From positions 1 to 64,000 of the forward strand of contig JBGPQV010000001.1 in the NCBI GenBank assembly GCA_041489255.1: 64,000 bases of DNA. The letters run 5' to 3'. Below, piece by piece: positions 47,411-60,703 of the stretch. This DNA comes from Thermoplasmata archaeon (GTDB lineage Archaea; Thermoplasmatota; Thermoplasmata; RBG-16-68-12; JAFNFQ01). The notes beneath the pieces are model-generated. The model was not told the DNA's origin. It searched no databases and saw only the letters and a list, made by a program, of their open reading frames with translations. Position numbers and translations under genes: made by a program. How positions within the stretch are numbered: position 1 is the stretch's first letter; each line of letters begins with the position of its first letter.

Positions 47411-48867
47411 CCCTCCCAGACCAGCTTGCCTTCTTTGTCGAGAACGAATGTCCTCTTCGCAAGCATCGACCTCCCCTCGACTATCGTGAACCTCCTGTTC
47501 CCTGCAACCCTCCACTTGCCGAACTTGCCGGAGAATGCGCTCTGGGACTTGACTCGAGCCACATCTGCGTCATCTACAGCCACGATCGTCAGCGACCTGC
47601 ATGTGCTGCACGTTTTCCCCTTTGCCGCAACACATAGGAAACAATACCTCTGACTGCATCTCTCGCATCTCGCGACGAACGAGCCACTCGCCTTCTTGCC
47701 GCAGGAGGGGCAGTCGACCACATGATCCGGGCAGTAGATGCCGAGGCCGAAATCATCTCTGACCGCATGAAGCTCGCATAGCAACTTGCCGCATTGAGCG
47801 CACTTATCTGAAACCCGGAGATCCTCGGCGCATGATTGACAGGACATGCGGTCGCAGACTGCACATTTCCGTTCGCACCTCACGCAAACGACGTGCCCCT
47901 CGTCGCACAGCCCGAGTTCGTTCATCTCCGTCCCGCAGGCGTCACACTTTGGCGGCGGTATCTCCAAACTGACCTCGTCGTACTGCAGCTCGAGCTCCCG
48001 GCCCTTCTTTCGCCCGGTGAGGTGCACCGCCATCTTCACGGTCGGGACAATGATGGTCCTCACTCCGACCAGATTCACTTTGGCGTCTAGGCTGTACTTC
48101 AGCCGCGCCTCCTCGAGCCTCTTCTCTTCCTCCGCGGCGTACGCCTCGATCGCCGCCTTGGCCCGTTCGGGGTACTTCGACTCCTGCGCCTCGCGCGCGA
48201 GGCCGGCGAAGTAGTCCTTGATCCTCTGCTCCTCCTCGGCCAATCTCCCTCTCGCGCTTTCCCGGCAGTCCGCCACGGCCTTGGCGATTCTTTTCTCGAT
48301 GCTCTCGCACGCTGCAATGTACAATGATCGAATGTCTCGTTCTCCCTCCGGAAACTCCTCAGGAAGAGCCAACGCCTCCTCGAAGAACAAATCGCTGACC
48401 TGATGCTCGCGGAGACTTACGGAGTTCAACAGCACGGTCTCCAGAAGTTCAGTTTTCTCGTCGGTGATCATCGTAGCCCTGAACGTGAACAGCGTGTAAG
48501 GAACGAGATCCCTCTTGCTTGTCGAGACCTCGGGGGTCGCATTCCTGAATGACAGGTTTGCGGCAAGCACATCCTTCTCCGACGAGCCCTCTCCGGCCTT
48601 CACTCTCGCGACACAATGATGGCCCCTGCTGCTCGCGTCCTCGATTATCTTGTCGAGCAGGAGGCTCCCCGGGGTCAGCAGCTCGACGCCGTCGTACCTC
48701 TCCGCAAGTGCGGGGTCAAATGTGACTCGCAGGACAGCGGCGTTGAGCGCCGCTCGGCGCTCGGTGGGTATCTCATACCTCACTACCCCGGGTACGTCCT
48801 CGAACCTCCCCGCCCCAAGCTTCTCGAAGTAAGTGCCTATGAAGGATCTCAGTTCAGGCTGCCTCAG
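47407..48867 (-). CDS. SNF2-helicase partner protein (YqhG-like) with C-terminal multi-Cys Zn fingers; inferred CTG start
   Basis: Coding-like from LRQPELRSFIGTYF; coiled segment EEQRIKDYF; many CxxC/CxxH pairs; CTGA overlap with helicase stop, SD GGAGGGG 5 nt upstream. Confidence 0.75.
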   Translation of the reverse strand: MRQPELRSFIGTYFEKLGAGRFEDVPGVVRYEIPTERRAALNAAVLRVTFDPALAERYDGVELLTPGSLLLDKIIEDASSRGHHCVARVKAGEGSSEKDVLAANLSFRNATPEVSTSKRDLVPYTLFTFRATMITDEKTELLETVLLNSVSLREHQVSDLFFEEALALPEEFPEGERDIRSLYIAACESIEKRIAKAVADCRESARGRLAEEEQRIKDYFAGLAREAQESKYPERAKAAIEAYAAEEEKRLEEARLKYSLDAKVNLVGVRTIIVPTVKMAVHLTGRKKGRELELQYDEVSLEIPPPKCDACGTEMNELGLCDEGHVVCVRCERKCAVCDRMSCQSCAEDLRVSDKCAQCGKLLCELHAVRDDFGLGIYCPDHVVDCPSCGKKASGSFVARCERCSQRYCFLCVAAKGKTCSTCRSLTIVAVDDADVARVKSQSAFSGKFGKWRVAGNRRFTIVEGRSMLAKRTFVLDKEGKLVWEG

Positions 48868-50618
48868 GTCGACCCCTCCACCGCCAGAGATGAACCCAGG
48901 AGGTTCTCCTGATAGGACTTGACCGCGGCGTACCGCCTCTTCGCATCGAGCAGTTCCCCGCCAAACCTCTCCAGCTCCCTCCTTCTCTCGGCCTCGCTCT
49001 CCATGGACCAGATTTCCATCAGCACCTCCTCGAAGCTCCTCCTGTCCTCGACGCTGCCGAGGATGAGATCGAGCTCGCCAACGACCAGCTCGAACATGTC
49101 GATCTTCTTGTCGAGAAGCTCGAGGATGTACTCGTCGATCGTCTTGTCGGTCCAGAAGCTGACTATCTGACACTCCTTCTCCTGGCCGACGCGGTGTATC
49201 CTGCCTATCCTCTGCTCGAGCCTCAGCGGGTTCCATGGCAGGTCGTAGTTGACCAGCTTGTTCGCGAACTGCAGGTTGCGCCCCTCGCCGCCAGCCTCGG
49301 TGCTGAGGAACACCTTCGCCGCTCCCTTGAACTTCCTGACGCTCTCCTCCTTCGTCCACGCGTCCATGCCGCCGTGGAAGATCGAATGCGTGAAGCCCTC
49401 CTGAGTGAGCAGCCCATCCAGGTAGCTGAGCGTCGGCAGGTACTGCGTGAAGACGAGCACCTTGTCGTCGAACTTGCCGAGGAACTCGACGAGCTTCAGG
49501 CCTTTCTCGTGGCGGTCCACAGAAACCGCCATATCGCGCAGTCTCGACAACTGCTCCCTCTCCTCGAAGGCGAACTGCTCGCTCTCGCTCAACCTCCTCA
49601 GCGTCGCCGCCGCGGCGAAACTGCTGCTGCCCACCTCCTTCTGGAGAATCATCAGCGCGAGGCGATTGATCGATGTCTCCTTCCTGTCCAAGCGAGGATA
49701 TCTGGAGCGAATGAATGAGGTCACCTCGTCGTAAAGTCTGCGCTCGCCGGGCGAGAATGTTATGCGGGCGAGGTGCGCCCTCCTTGGCGGGAGCGTCAGG
49801 ACGTTCCCCCGCCTGTTCCTGATCATCACCTCGAACAGCAGGCCCCTGAGGTCGCCCACGTCCTTGGGCATGCGCTTGTCCCCCGCCGCCAGGAACCTCT
49901 TCTTGAACTGCCCCCACGTCCCCATCTGCCCCGGCTTGAGCAGGGTGACCAGGTTGAACAGCTCCTCCAGGTCGTTCTGCACCGGCGTGGCGGTCAGGAG
50001 GAGGAGGTACTTCTTGCGGATGCCGTTGACGAACTTCCAGTTGAGCGTGAGGCGGTTCTTCAGCTTGTGCGCCTCGTCGATGATGACGAGGTCGAACGTG
50101 ATGCCCTCGATGTTCGCGGAATGGCGGGGCCTCTTCGCAGTGTCGAGCGAGCATATCAAACGATCGTGCCTCGCCCAGTCCTCCACCTCGTCGGTCACCT
50201 CGAAGGGGATCCCGAACTTCTCCTGCATCTCGTCCCGCCACTGCTCAGTCAATGAAGCTGGCACGAGGACGAGCACCTTCCTCACGAGACCCCTGATCAT
50301 CAGCTCCTTCGCGATCAGCCCGGCCTCAATCGTCTTCCCGAGGCCGACCTCGTCCGCGAGTATTGCCCTGCCCCTCAGCTCCCTGAGCACCTTGAGCGCC
50401 GTCTTGATCTGGAAGTCGTACTTGCGCAGGCCCCTGACGAGAGGCAGACACAGGAGCTCCTCGAATCCGGATTTCAGGCTGAGAGTCTGAGCGTCCAGAT
50501 TGAGCAACCATGACTTCGAGTCCTCCACAATCCCGTCCTGCACCTCGTTGAGAATCGCGAAGTCTTCTGGAGAGAAACGGAGTTCCGGTACATGTCTGGG
50601 CACATACGCCTCAGTCAT
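48864..50618 (-). CDS. SNF2/RapA-like SF2 helicase (YqhH-like); alternative start GTG 50717
   Basis: ILADEVGLGKT, VPASL..QW, DEAH, LTATPVQN, STEAGGEGRNLQ, YDLPWNP, EQRIGRIHR. Confidence 0.92.
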   Translation of the reverse strand: MTEAYVPRHVPELRFSPEDFAILNEVQDGIVEDSKSWLLNLDAQTLSLKSGFEELLCLPLVRGLRKYDFQIKTALKVLRELRGRAILADEVGLGKTIEAGLIAKELMIRGLVRKVLVLVPASLTEQWRDEMQEKFGIPFEVTDEVEDWARHDRLICSLDTAKRPRHSANIEGITFDLVIIDEAHKLKNRLTLNWKFVNGIRKKYLLLLTATPVQNDLEELFNLVTLLKPGQMGTWGQFKKRFLAAGDKRMPKDVGDLRGLLFEVMIRNRRGNVLTLPPRRAHLARITFSPGERRLYDEVTSFIRSRYPRLDRKETSINRLALMILQKEVGSSSFAAAATLRRLSESEQFAFEEREQLSRLRDMAVSVDRHEKGLKLVEFLGKFDDKVLVFTQYLPTLSYLDGLLTQEGFTHSIFHGGMDAWTKEESVRKFKGAAKVFLSTEAGGEGRNLQFANKLVNYDLPWNPLRLEQRIGRIHRVGQEKECQIVSFWTDKTIDEYILELLDKKIDMFELVVGELDLILGSVEDRRSFEEVLMEIWSMESEAERRRELERFGGELLDAKRRYAAVKSYQENLLGSSLAVEGST

Positions 50619-50796
50619 CCTTTGCGGGACTGATGCTTCGGAGACCTGATCAGAGGATTCCACATTTGCTGGAGATGAACGTGCCCCATCCAGTGTGCCA
50701 CGTCTCAGATTCTGCACTCTCCTCGAAGTGGGTGGCTTTAGGCCAGATGCTGAGATAATGGTTTTGGCGGGGTGCGCGTCCGCAGCGCAGCGGCCA

Positions 50797-51222
50797 TCAC
50801 GCAACGCTGACGCTCTCAATCGCGTGATGCCTTGCGATCAGGTCCCTGGCCATCCGGAGGTTCTTGCCCTCCTTCCCTATCGCGCGGCCCTTCTTGGTCG
50901 ACTCGACCGTCACGGTCGCGTGCGTGACCCCGTCCCTGTCCTCAATCTCCACCTTCTTGACGTCGTACGCGTGGAAGACGTTCGCCACGAACTCCTCTGG
51001 TTTCTCCGAGAACTCGATGACCTGGATGTCCCTTTTTAAAAGAAGCCTAACGCGCGCGACAGTCTCCCCTTTCCTGCCTATTGCCTTGCTCGCCTCACCC
51101 TTGCCGACGACAAAGATGATCTTGTCCCCGGTGTCGACGCAGTCCATCACCGTGCACAAGGTGACATTCTGGAAGATCGTGACGTACCCTAACGTGTCCT
51201 CGTTGAAGGTCACCTGGCCCAT
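50797..51222 (-). CDS. nusA: Archaeal NusA (KH-domain)
   Basis: Two KH motifs AIGRKG, AIGKEG; follows L30e. Confidence 0.92.
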   Translation of the reverse strand: MGQVTFNEDTLGYVTIFQNVTLCTVMDCVDTGDKIIFVVGKGEASKAIGRKGETVARVRLLLKRDIQVIEFSEKPEEFVANVFHAYDVKKVEIEDRDGVTHATVTVESTKKGRAIGKEGKNLRMARDLIARHHAIESVSVA

Positions 51223-51230
51223 GCTGACAC

Positions 51231-51503
51231 CTACAGGGACATTATCGTCGACTCGCCGGGGCTCAGCACGGCGAGCACGGCGACCGAATACGGCTTGCCG
51301 CACGCCGCCCCCAGGTCGAGGCTGGTCCCCTTGTATCTGTGTATCTTCACCGCGACATCTTTCAGCCAGGCGAATTCCGGGCAGTTGGAGGCGATTACCA
51401 ACATCTTCGCCGTCTTCTTCCTGACGGCTTTCTCGGACCTCCTCGTGCCTATGACCACGTCGCCGGTATCGACCGCCTGTTTGATGACCATGCTCTCGTC
51501 CAT
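51231..51503 (-). CDS. rpl30e: Ribosomal protein L30e
   Basis: TGDVVIG, ASNCP, DLGAACGKPYSV, PGESTI. Confidence 0.93.
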   Translation of the reverse strand: MDESMVIKQAVDTGDVVIGTRRSEKAVRKKTAKMLVIASNCPEFAWLKDVAVKIHRYKGTSLDLGAACGKPYSVAVLAVLSPGESTIMSL

Positions 51504-51505
51504 GC

Positions 51506-55799
<4,294 letters not shown>

Positions 55800-55803
<4 letters not shown>

Positions 55804-58800
55804 TTCAAGTCCTCCAGTTGAAGGCGCATCGCAATTCCGAGCGAGAGCAGCTCGTCGAGCAGAAGTTTGAACGCGTAGCTCGTCTGCACAGGGTAGATGC
55901 GGGAGTTGTTGTCGCAGACGGGGCACCTGAGGTTCCCCTTCCTGTCCTTGATGGCGAAGTGACCGCACTCCGCCTCCCCGCAGACGTACTGTATCGTGCC
56001 GTCCGACTCGTCGAGCAAGCGGTCCTTGATGACCATCGCGGCGCCGTGGCCTATGAGACAGTCCCGCTCCATTTCGCCGAACCTCAAGCCGCCCTGGCGG
56101 GAGCGGCCTTCCGTCGGCTGCCGGGTGAGTATCTGCACGGGCCCTCGCGACCTCACGTGCAGCTTGCCGCTGACCATGTGGTGCAGCTTCTGGTAGTAGA
56201 TGACACCGATGAAAATCTCGGCGGGGATGATCCTGCCCGTCATGCCGTCGTACATGACCTCCTTGCAGTTGCTCTTGAAGCCGTAGTCCTCGAGTTCCTT
56301 GCGCAGGGCCTCCTCTCTCTCGCCGCTGAAAGGCGTGCCGTCGACGAACCTCCCCTCCATGGCACCGACCTTCCCGCCAATCATCTCGAGGACGTGCGCG
56401 ATTGTCATCCTCGAAGGGATGGCATGCGGGTTGATGATGAGGTCCGGCACGATCCCATGCTCTGTGAACGGCATGTCCTCCTGCTGGGCAATCAGCCCAA
56501 TCACACCCTTTTGCCCATGACGGGAGGCGAACTTGTCGCCGAGCTCCGGCACCCTGAGGTCCCTGACCTTGACCTTGGCGAGCTTGCTACCGTTCTCGGA
56601 CTCGGTGAGCATGACACTGTCGACCCAGCCGCTCTCCCCGTGCCTGACTGTTACGGACGTCTCGCGCCTCTTCTGCGGCGTGAGGAAGTCAGTCTCCTCC
56701 TCAAGGAAACGCGGCGGCGACGTCTTCCCTATGAGAACCTCTCCACCGTTGACCTGAACCTCTGGCGATATCAGACCGTCGTCCGGAGTGAGGCTCGCGT
56801 AGCTGAGGTCTGCGCGCGCTCCGCGAACATCGGGGGACGGGATCTCGAAGTGGTCCTCCTGCCCGCCGGGGTACCTGCGCTCCTCGGATCTGTACGTCCT
56901 CATGAAGGACGAGCGACCGAGACCCCTGTCAATTGACGCCTTGTTCATCACGATGGCGTATTCCATGTTGTACCCGTGGTAGGACATGACCGCCACGACG
57001 AAATTCTCGCCTGCCGGTCTCTCGTTGAAACTGACGAACTTCATCGCCTCGGTCTGGACCATAGGGACCTGCGGGTTGTGCAGCAGATGGCTTCTCGTGT
57101 CCGGCCTTATCCGGTAGTTGCTGGAGCCGAATCCGAGCGACTGCTTCGCCATGCCCGCGCCCATCGTGACCCTGGGTGACGAGTTGTGCTCCGGGTAAGG
57201 AACGAGGCCAGAGGCGACGCCGAGTATGACCAGCGGATCGATCTCGGCATGGGTGTTGTCCAGGGTGAGAGATGGCTTGACTCGGAACGACTTGCCGCAC
57301 AGGCGGCACTCCAGTTCCACGTCGCCGTCCTCGCCCATGTTCGCCCACCTTACGTCGTTGCGCGATATCGGGCGGCGGCACTCCTTGCACTTCAGCGGGA
57401 CCTCGTATGGATATATCGACACGAACGAGTCCTCTTCCTCCTCCGCGTCGATCCATTCAACCAGGCCGTTCCTGACCAGGTCGCTCCACTTCAGGCGTCC
57501 GGACTCCAGGTCCGTCAACTGCTTCGCCGTTATCAGCGGCTTGCCGTCCCTGACGACCATGAGGGGCCGCCTTATCCTCCCCTCGTCGCAGTTGATCGTG
57601 ACGTCGTTCATCATCTCGTCGTAGTGGATGTTCACCTCGTGGCTCAGCAGCCCGCTGCGCCTCCTTTCCCTGATTTCGGACACCAGCGTCGCGGGATCAT
57701 CGTGCAGTCCGACCAGGTCTCCGTTCACGTAGACCCTGGTCAGGTTCGTCTGCTGGCTCTTGACCTGCTTCGTGCCCAGGTCCGCCAGAAGCAGCTTGAC
57801 CTCGTCCTCCGAGAAACCTTCCGAGACATCGATCACGAGGGCGCAGTTCTTCACCAGCCCGCAGTTCTGCCCTTCGGGGGTCTCGTTGGGGCACAGCCGC
57901 CCCCATTGCGTCGGATGCAAGTCCCTGGCCTCGAAGTGTGGCTGGCTGCGCGTGAGCGGGGATGTGATCCGCCTCAGGTGACTGAGCGCGCTGATGTTGT
58001 TCGTCCTGTCTAAGAGCTGCGAGACTCCTGCCCTCCCGCCAACCCAATTGCCCGTGGCCAGGGCGTGAAGCAGCCTCTGGCTCAGCAGGTCCGGCCTGAT
58101 CGCCGACGCGATCTTGATGTCCTTGCGGCGGGCATAGCTCCTCTCGAGCTGGTACTTGAGGTCCTTCACCAGGTTGGCGAACGCCACTCTGAACAGGTCC
58201 TCCATCAGGTCCCCCGCCAGCTTCAGTCTCTTGTTGGCGTAGTGGTCCTTGTCGTCCTCGCGCCTCTTGCCCAGGTAGAACTCCAGGACGGACCTGGCGG
58301 TTCTGCCTAGGAAGATCGCCTTCTTGATCCTGTCCTCCCTCGTGTCCCCGAGGTGGGGCAGCAAGCTCCTGTCGAGGATCGACTCGACCTTCTTTATCCT
58401 GTACTCCTTCGCTTGACCCGTGGCAAACTTCTTCTCGAGGAAGCCGAGAGCGTCCTCCCTGGTGAAGATGCCGTTCGGCGGGTACTGTTTCTTGCTCTGG
58501 CACTCCTCTATGTTCGCGTAGAGGATGCTCGCCATCTCGGGAGTCGAGACGATAGCGTTGTAGATATCCTCGTCCTTTTCCATGCTCAGGGCCTTCATCA
58601 GGATAATCAGCGGAATCTGGCCGGACGCGGTCGGGACAGTCACTATGAGCATCCCGTCCTTCTTCATCTCGACGAGGGTGAGCGCACGGTAGCCCTCGCG
58701 CTGTGAGAACACCTTGGCCACTGGTATCTTGCGGCCGTACCTCTCGTTGTACTCAACGAGCACCCTGTTAGGTGCGAGGTCCTCCAGTGAAATTAGAACC

Positions 58801-59390
58801 CTCTCTGTGCCGCCAATGATGAAGTACCCGCCAGGGTCTGCGTGGTCTTCTCCCATCTTGACGAGCCTGTCGCGGAACTCCTGATCGGTGATTTCTCCAT
58901 CTACCTCCAGGTTCTCCCTGTAGAGCGAGCACTTCTTGCTCTTTGTCATGATCGGCAGGTTGCCTATGTGCACCCTCTCCGGCTCCCTCTCGATCCCGTT
59001 CTCGATGACGGTGAAGTCGAGGTAGACAGGCGCCTGGTAGCTGAGGTTCCTCAGGCGCGCCTCCATCGGCGTGAGCGGATGCGTCGCCCCGTTCGCCTCC
59101 TTGACGATCGGCAGCGACACCGAGATGGTCGGCTTCGCCTCCATGTCGATCTTGCCCTTGTCGTCCCTCTTCCGCCCTATCCTGATCTCAATCGTGTCCC
59201 CCTCGGTGCGGTCCTCGTCCAGCTTGAACACGCCGCGCCTGTCGTCCTCCGGGGACGACCTCATGTTGTCCACTATGCGCTGCATCCTGCTGTTAGGGTT
59301 GTCGAGCGTCGGCAGGAAATCGTTGATGCTAGCTATGTGGTGGTTGACGATGCTCCTCTCGCGGAAAAACGCCTCGATAAGTTCTCTCAT
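55800..59390 (-). CDS. rpoB: RNA polymerase subunit B (fused)
   Basis: [47 protein letters not shown]. Confidence 0.97.
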
Positions 59391-59393
59391 GAC

Positions 59394-59663
59394 TCACCTC
59401 CCCACGACGAGCCTGTACGCCTCCGACACACCAGCGGTCTCGCTGATCCTCGTGACCTTGATTATCGTGCCTTCGGGAATCGGCGCCTTCCTTGCCTTCT
59501 CCAGAACCTGTACGGCGGGGTCGATTCCCCTGATCTTCGGCAACTGGTCCTTGGTCACCCTGAGGGCCTTGAGGACTTCCTCGGATTCCTTGTCGGTCAA
59601 GACACGATGCTCTGGGACTAGCTTATGCTCTAGCACGTTGAACTTCAACGTGGACTCCTCCAT
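59394..59663 (-). CDS. rpoH: RNA polymerase subunit H
   Basis: HKLVPEH, QLPKI...DP, SETAG...YR; ATG at 59663 (the longer ORF overlaps the tRNA). Confidence 0.93.
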   Translation of the reverse strand: MEESTLKFNVLEHKLVPEHRVLTDKESEEVLKALRVTKDQLPKIRGIDPAVQVLEKARKAPIPEGTIIKVTRISETAGVSEAYRLVVGR

Positions 59664-59703
59664 TGTCGGCGGGGGCGGGGTGCATTCTGCCTCGACGCTG
59701 AAA

Positions 59704-59878
59704 CGGGCCCGCGGGGATTTTCGAAGCCCCACTTGTTTCTGGCAGGCAGGGCATTTTCGAACCCCGGACCACCCGGTTTCTTCACCAACGCAACCCTTTC
59801 GAGTTCCATCAGTTAAAAGCCGGATGCTCTATCTAGGGACGGTCTCTGAGACATCCAACCTAGCTGAGCTACGGGCCC
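59704..59878 (-). tRNA. tRNA-Lys(TTT) with three introns: 20/21 (59831-59857, 27 nt), 37/38 (59778-59813, 36 nt), 59/60 (59718-59755, 38 nt)
   Basis: Removing the three segments gives a 74-nt cloverleaf GGGCCCG TA GCTC AGCTAGGTA GAGC A TCCGG CTTTTAA CCGGG TGGTC CGGGG TTCGAAT CCCCG CGGGCCC G; each junction forms a 4-bp BHB-type helix. Confidence 0.93.
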
Positions 59879-59921
59879 CCGGTATCAGCGCTGGACACAT
59901 GCGAACCCGTTCGAATCATTG

Positions 59922-59940
59922 ACTCCTTAATAAGTTTTGC
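59922..59940 (-). promoter_or_regulatory. BRE/TATA upstream of tRNA-Lys/rpo operon
   Basis: Minus strand reads AAAACTTATTAAGG ~50 nt upstream of the tRNA 5' end. Confidence 0.55.
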
Positions 59941-60122
59941 GGTTAGCCCCGTCCTGCAGGCCCTCATGGAGACGCACCAATTCTGGGCGCTTAGACAATC
60001 CGCGCCTTCTCCGCGGCGATATCCGGGTCCCGCACCTCACGCAACGAAGGCAGACACAAGCGAACGAGGCTCGCGATTCCTTTCTCGAAGAGTTTAAGAG
60101 AGGATGTGTCTTCGCAGTTCTC

Positions 60123-60293
60123 GTGATTTCGCAGGAGAAGCGCTGCATCTCATGCGGCATAGTCCTCCACGGCCCCGGCACGACCTCGTTCCTGTGCCCG
60201 TCATGCGGGAAGAACGAAATCGGACGGTGCGCGCAGTGCAGGGACCAGAGCGTCATTTACGTGTGTCCTGTTTGCGGGTTCGAGGGGCCGTAG
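60123..60293 (+). CDS. Zn-ribbon protein (DUF1610/COG2888)
   Basis: CISC, F.CPSCG, I.RC..CR, Y.CP.CGFEGP; conserved position upstream of EF-1beta. Confidence 0.88.
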   Translation: MISQEKRCISCGIVLHGPGTTSFLCPSCGKNEIGRCAQCRDQSVIYVCPVCGFEGP

Positions 60294-60299
60294 AACGTC

Positions 60300-60560
60300 A
60301 TGGGCAAAGTTGCGGCGACCTACAGGATTCTTCCCGAGGGAACCGAGGTCGACCTGAAGAGTCTGGAGGACTCCGTGAAGAGGGTGCTGGGCTCCAAGCT
60401 CATCAAGATCGAGACCCAGCCGGTCGCATTCGGGCTCAAGGCGCTCATTGCCACCGCAATCTTCAACGACGCATCCGGCGAAGGTGAGGCCGTCGAGTCG
60501 AGTTTAAGCTCGCTCCCCGGAGTAAGCAGCGTTGAGATCATGGAAATGGGCCTCATCTAG
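60300..60560 (+). CDS. ef1b: Elongation factor 1-beta
   Basis: MGKV....ILPE...DL, PVAFGLKAL. Confidence 0.92.
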   Translation: MGKVAATYRILPEGTEVDLKSLEDSVKRVLGSKLIKIETQPVAFGLKALIATAIFNDASGEGEAVESSLSSLPGVSSVEIMEMGLI

Positions 60561-60703
60561 ATGCTTCGGCTCCCGAGACTCGGAAAGGATTTCCGCATCT
60601 GATTCCCAGCATGACAGCGCTACAATGTGTATCTTGCTCCAAGATACGTCTTCTGAGAGGACGGAAATAGAGCCCACCCCCGTGATATGACGGGGATGTG
60701 TTA

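Noticed and set aside
48868-50241. N-terminal half of the 944-aa ORF 47407..50241
   Set aside because: Arg/Gly/Pro-rich off-frame shadow of the helicase; only the part from 48867 looks coding.
59664-59732. N-terminal extension of RpoH in the ORF track
   Set aside because: Overlaps the tRNA-Lys 3' exon and intron; ATG 59663 gives a normal length.
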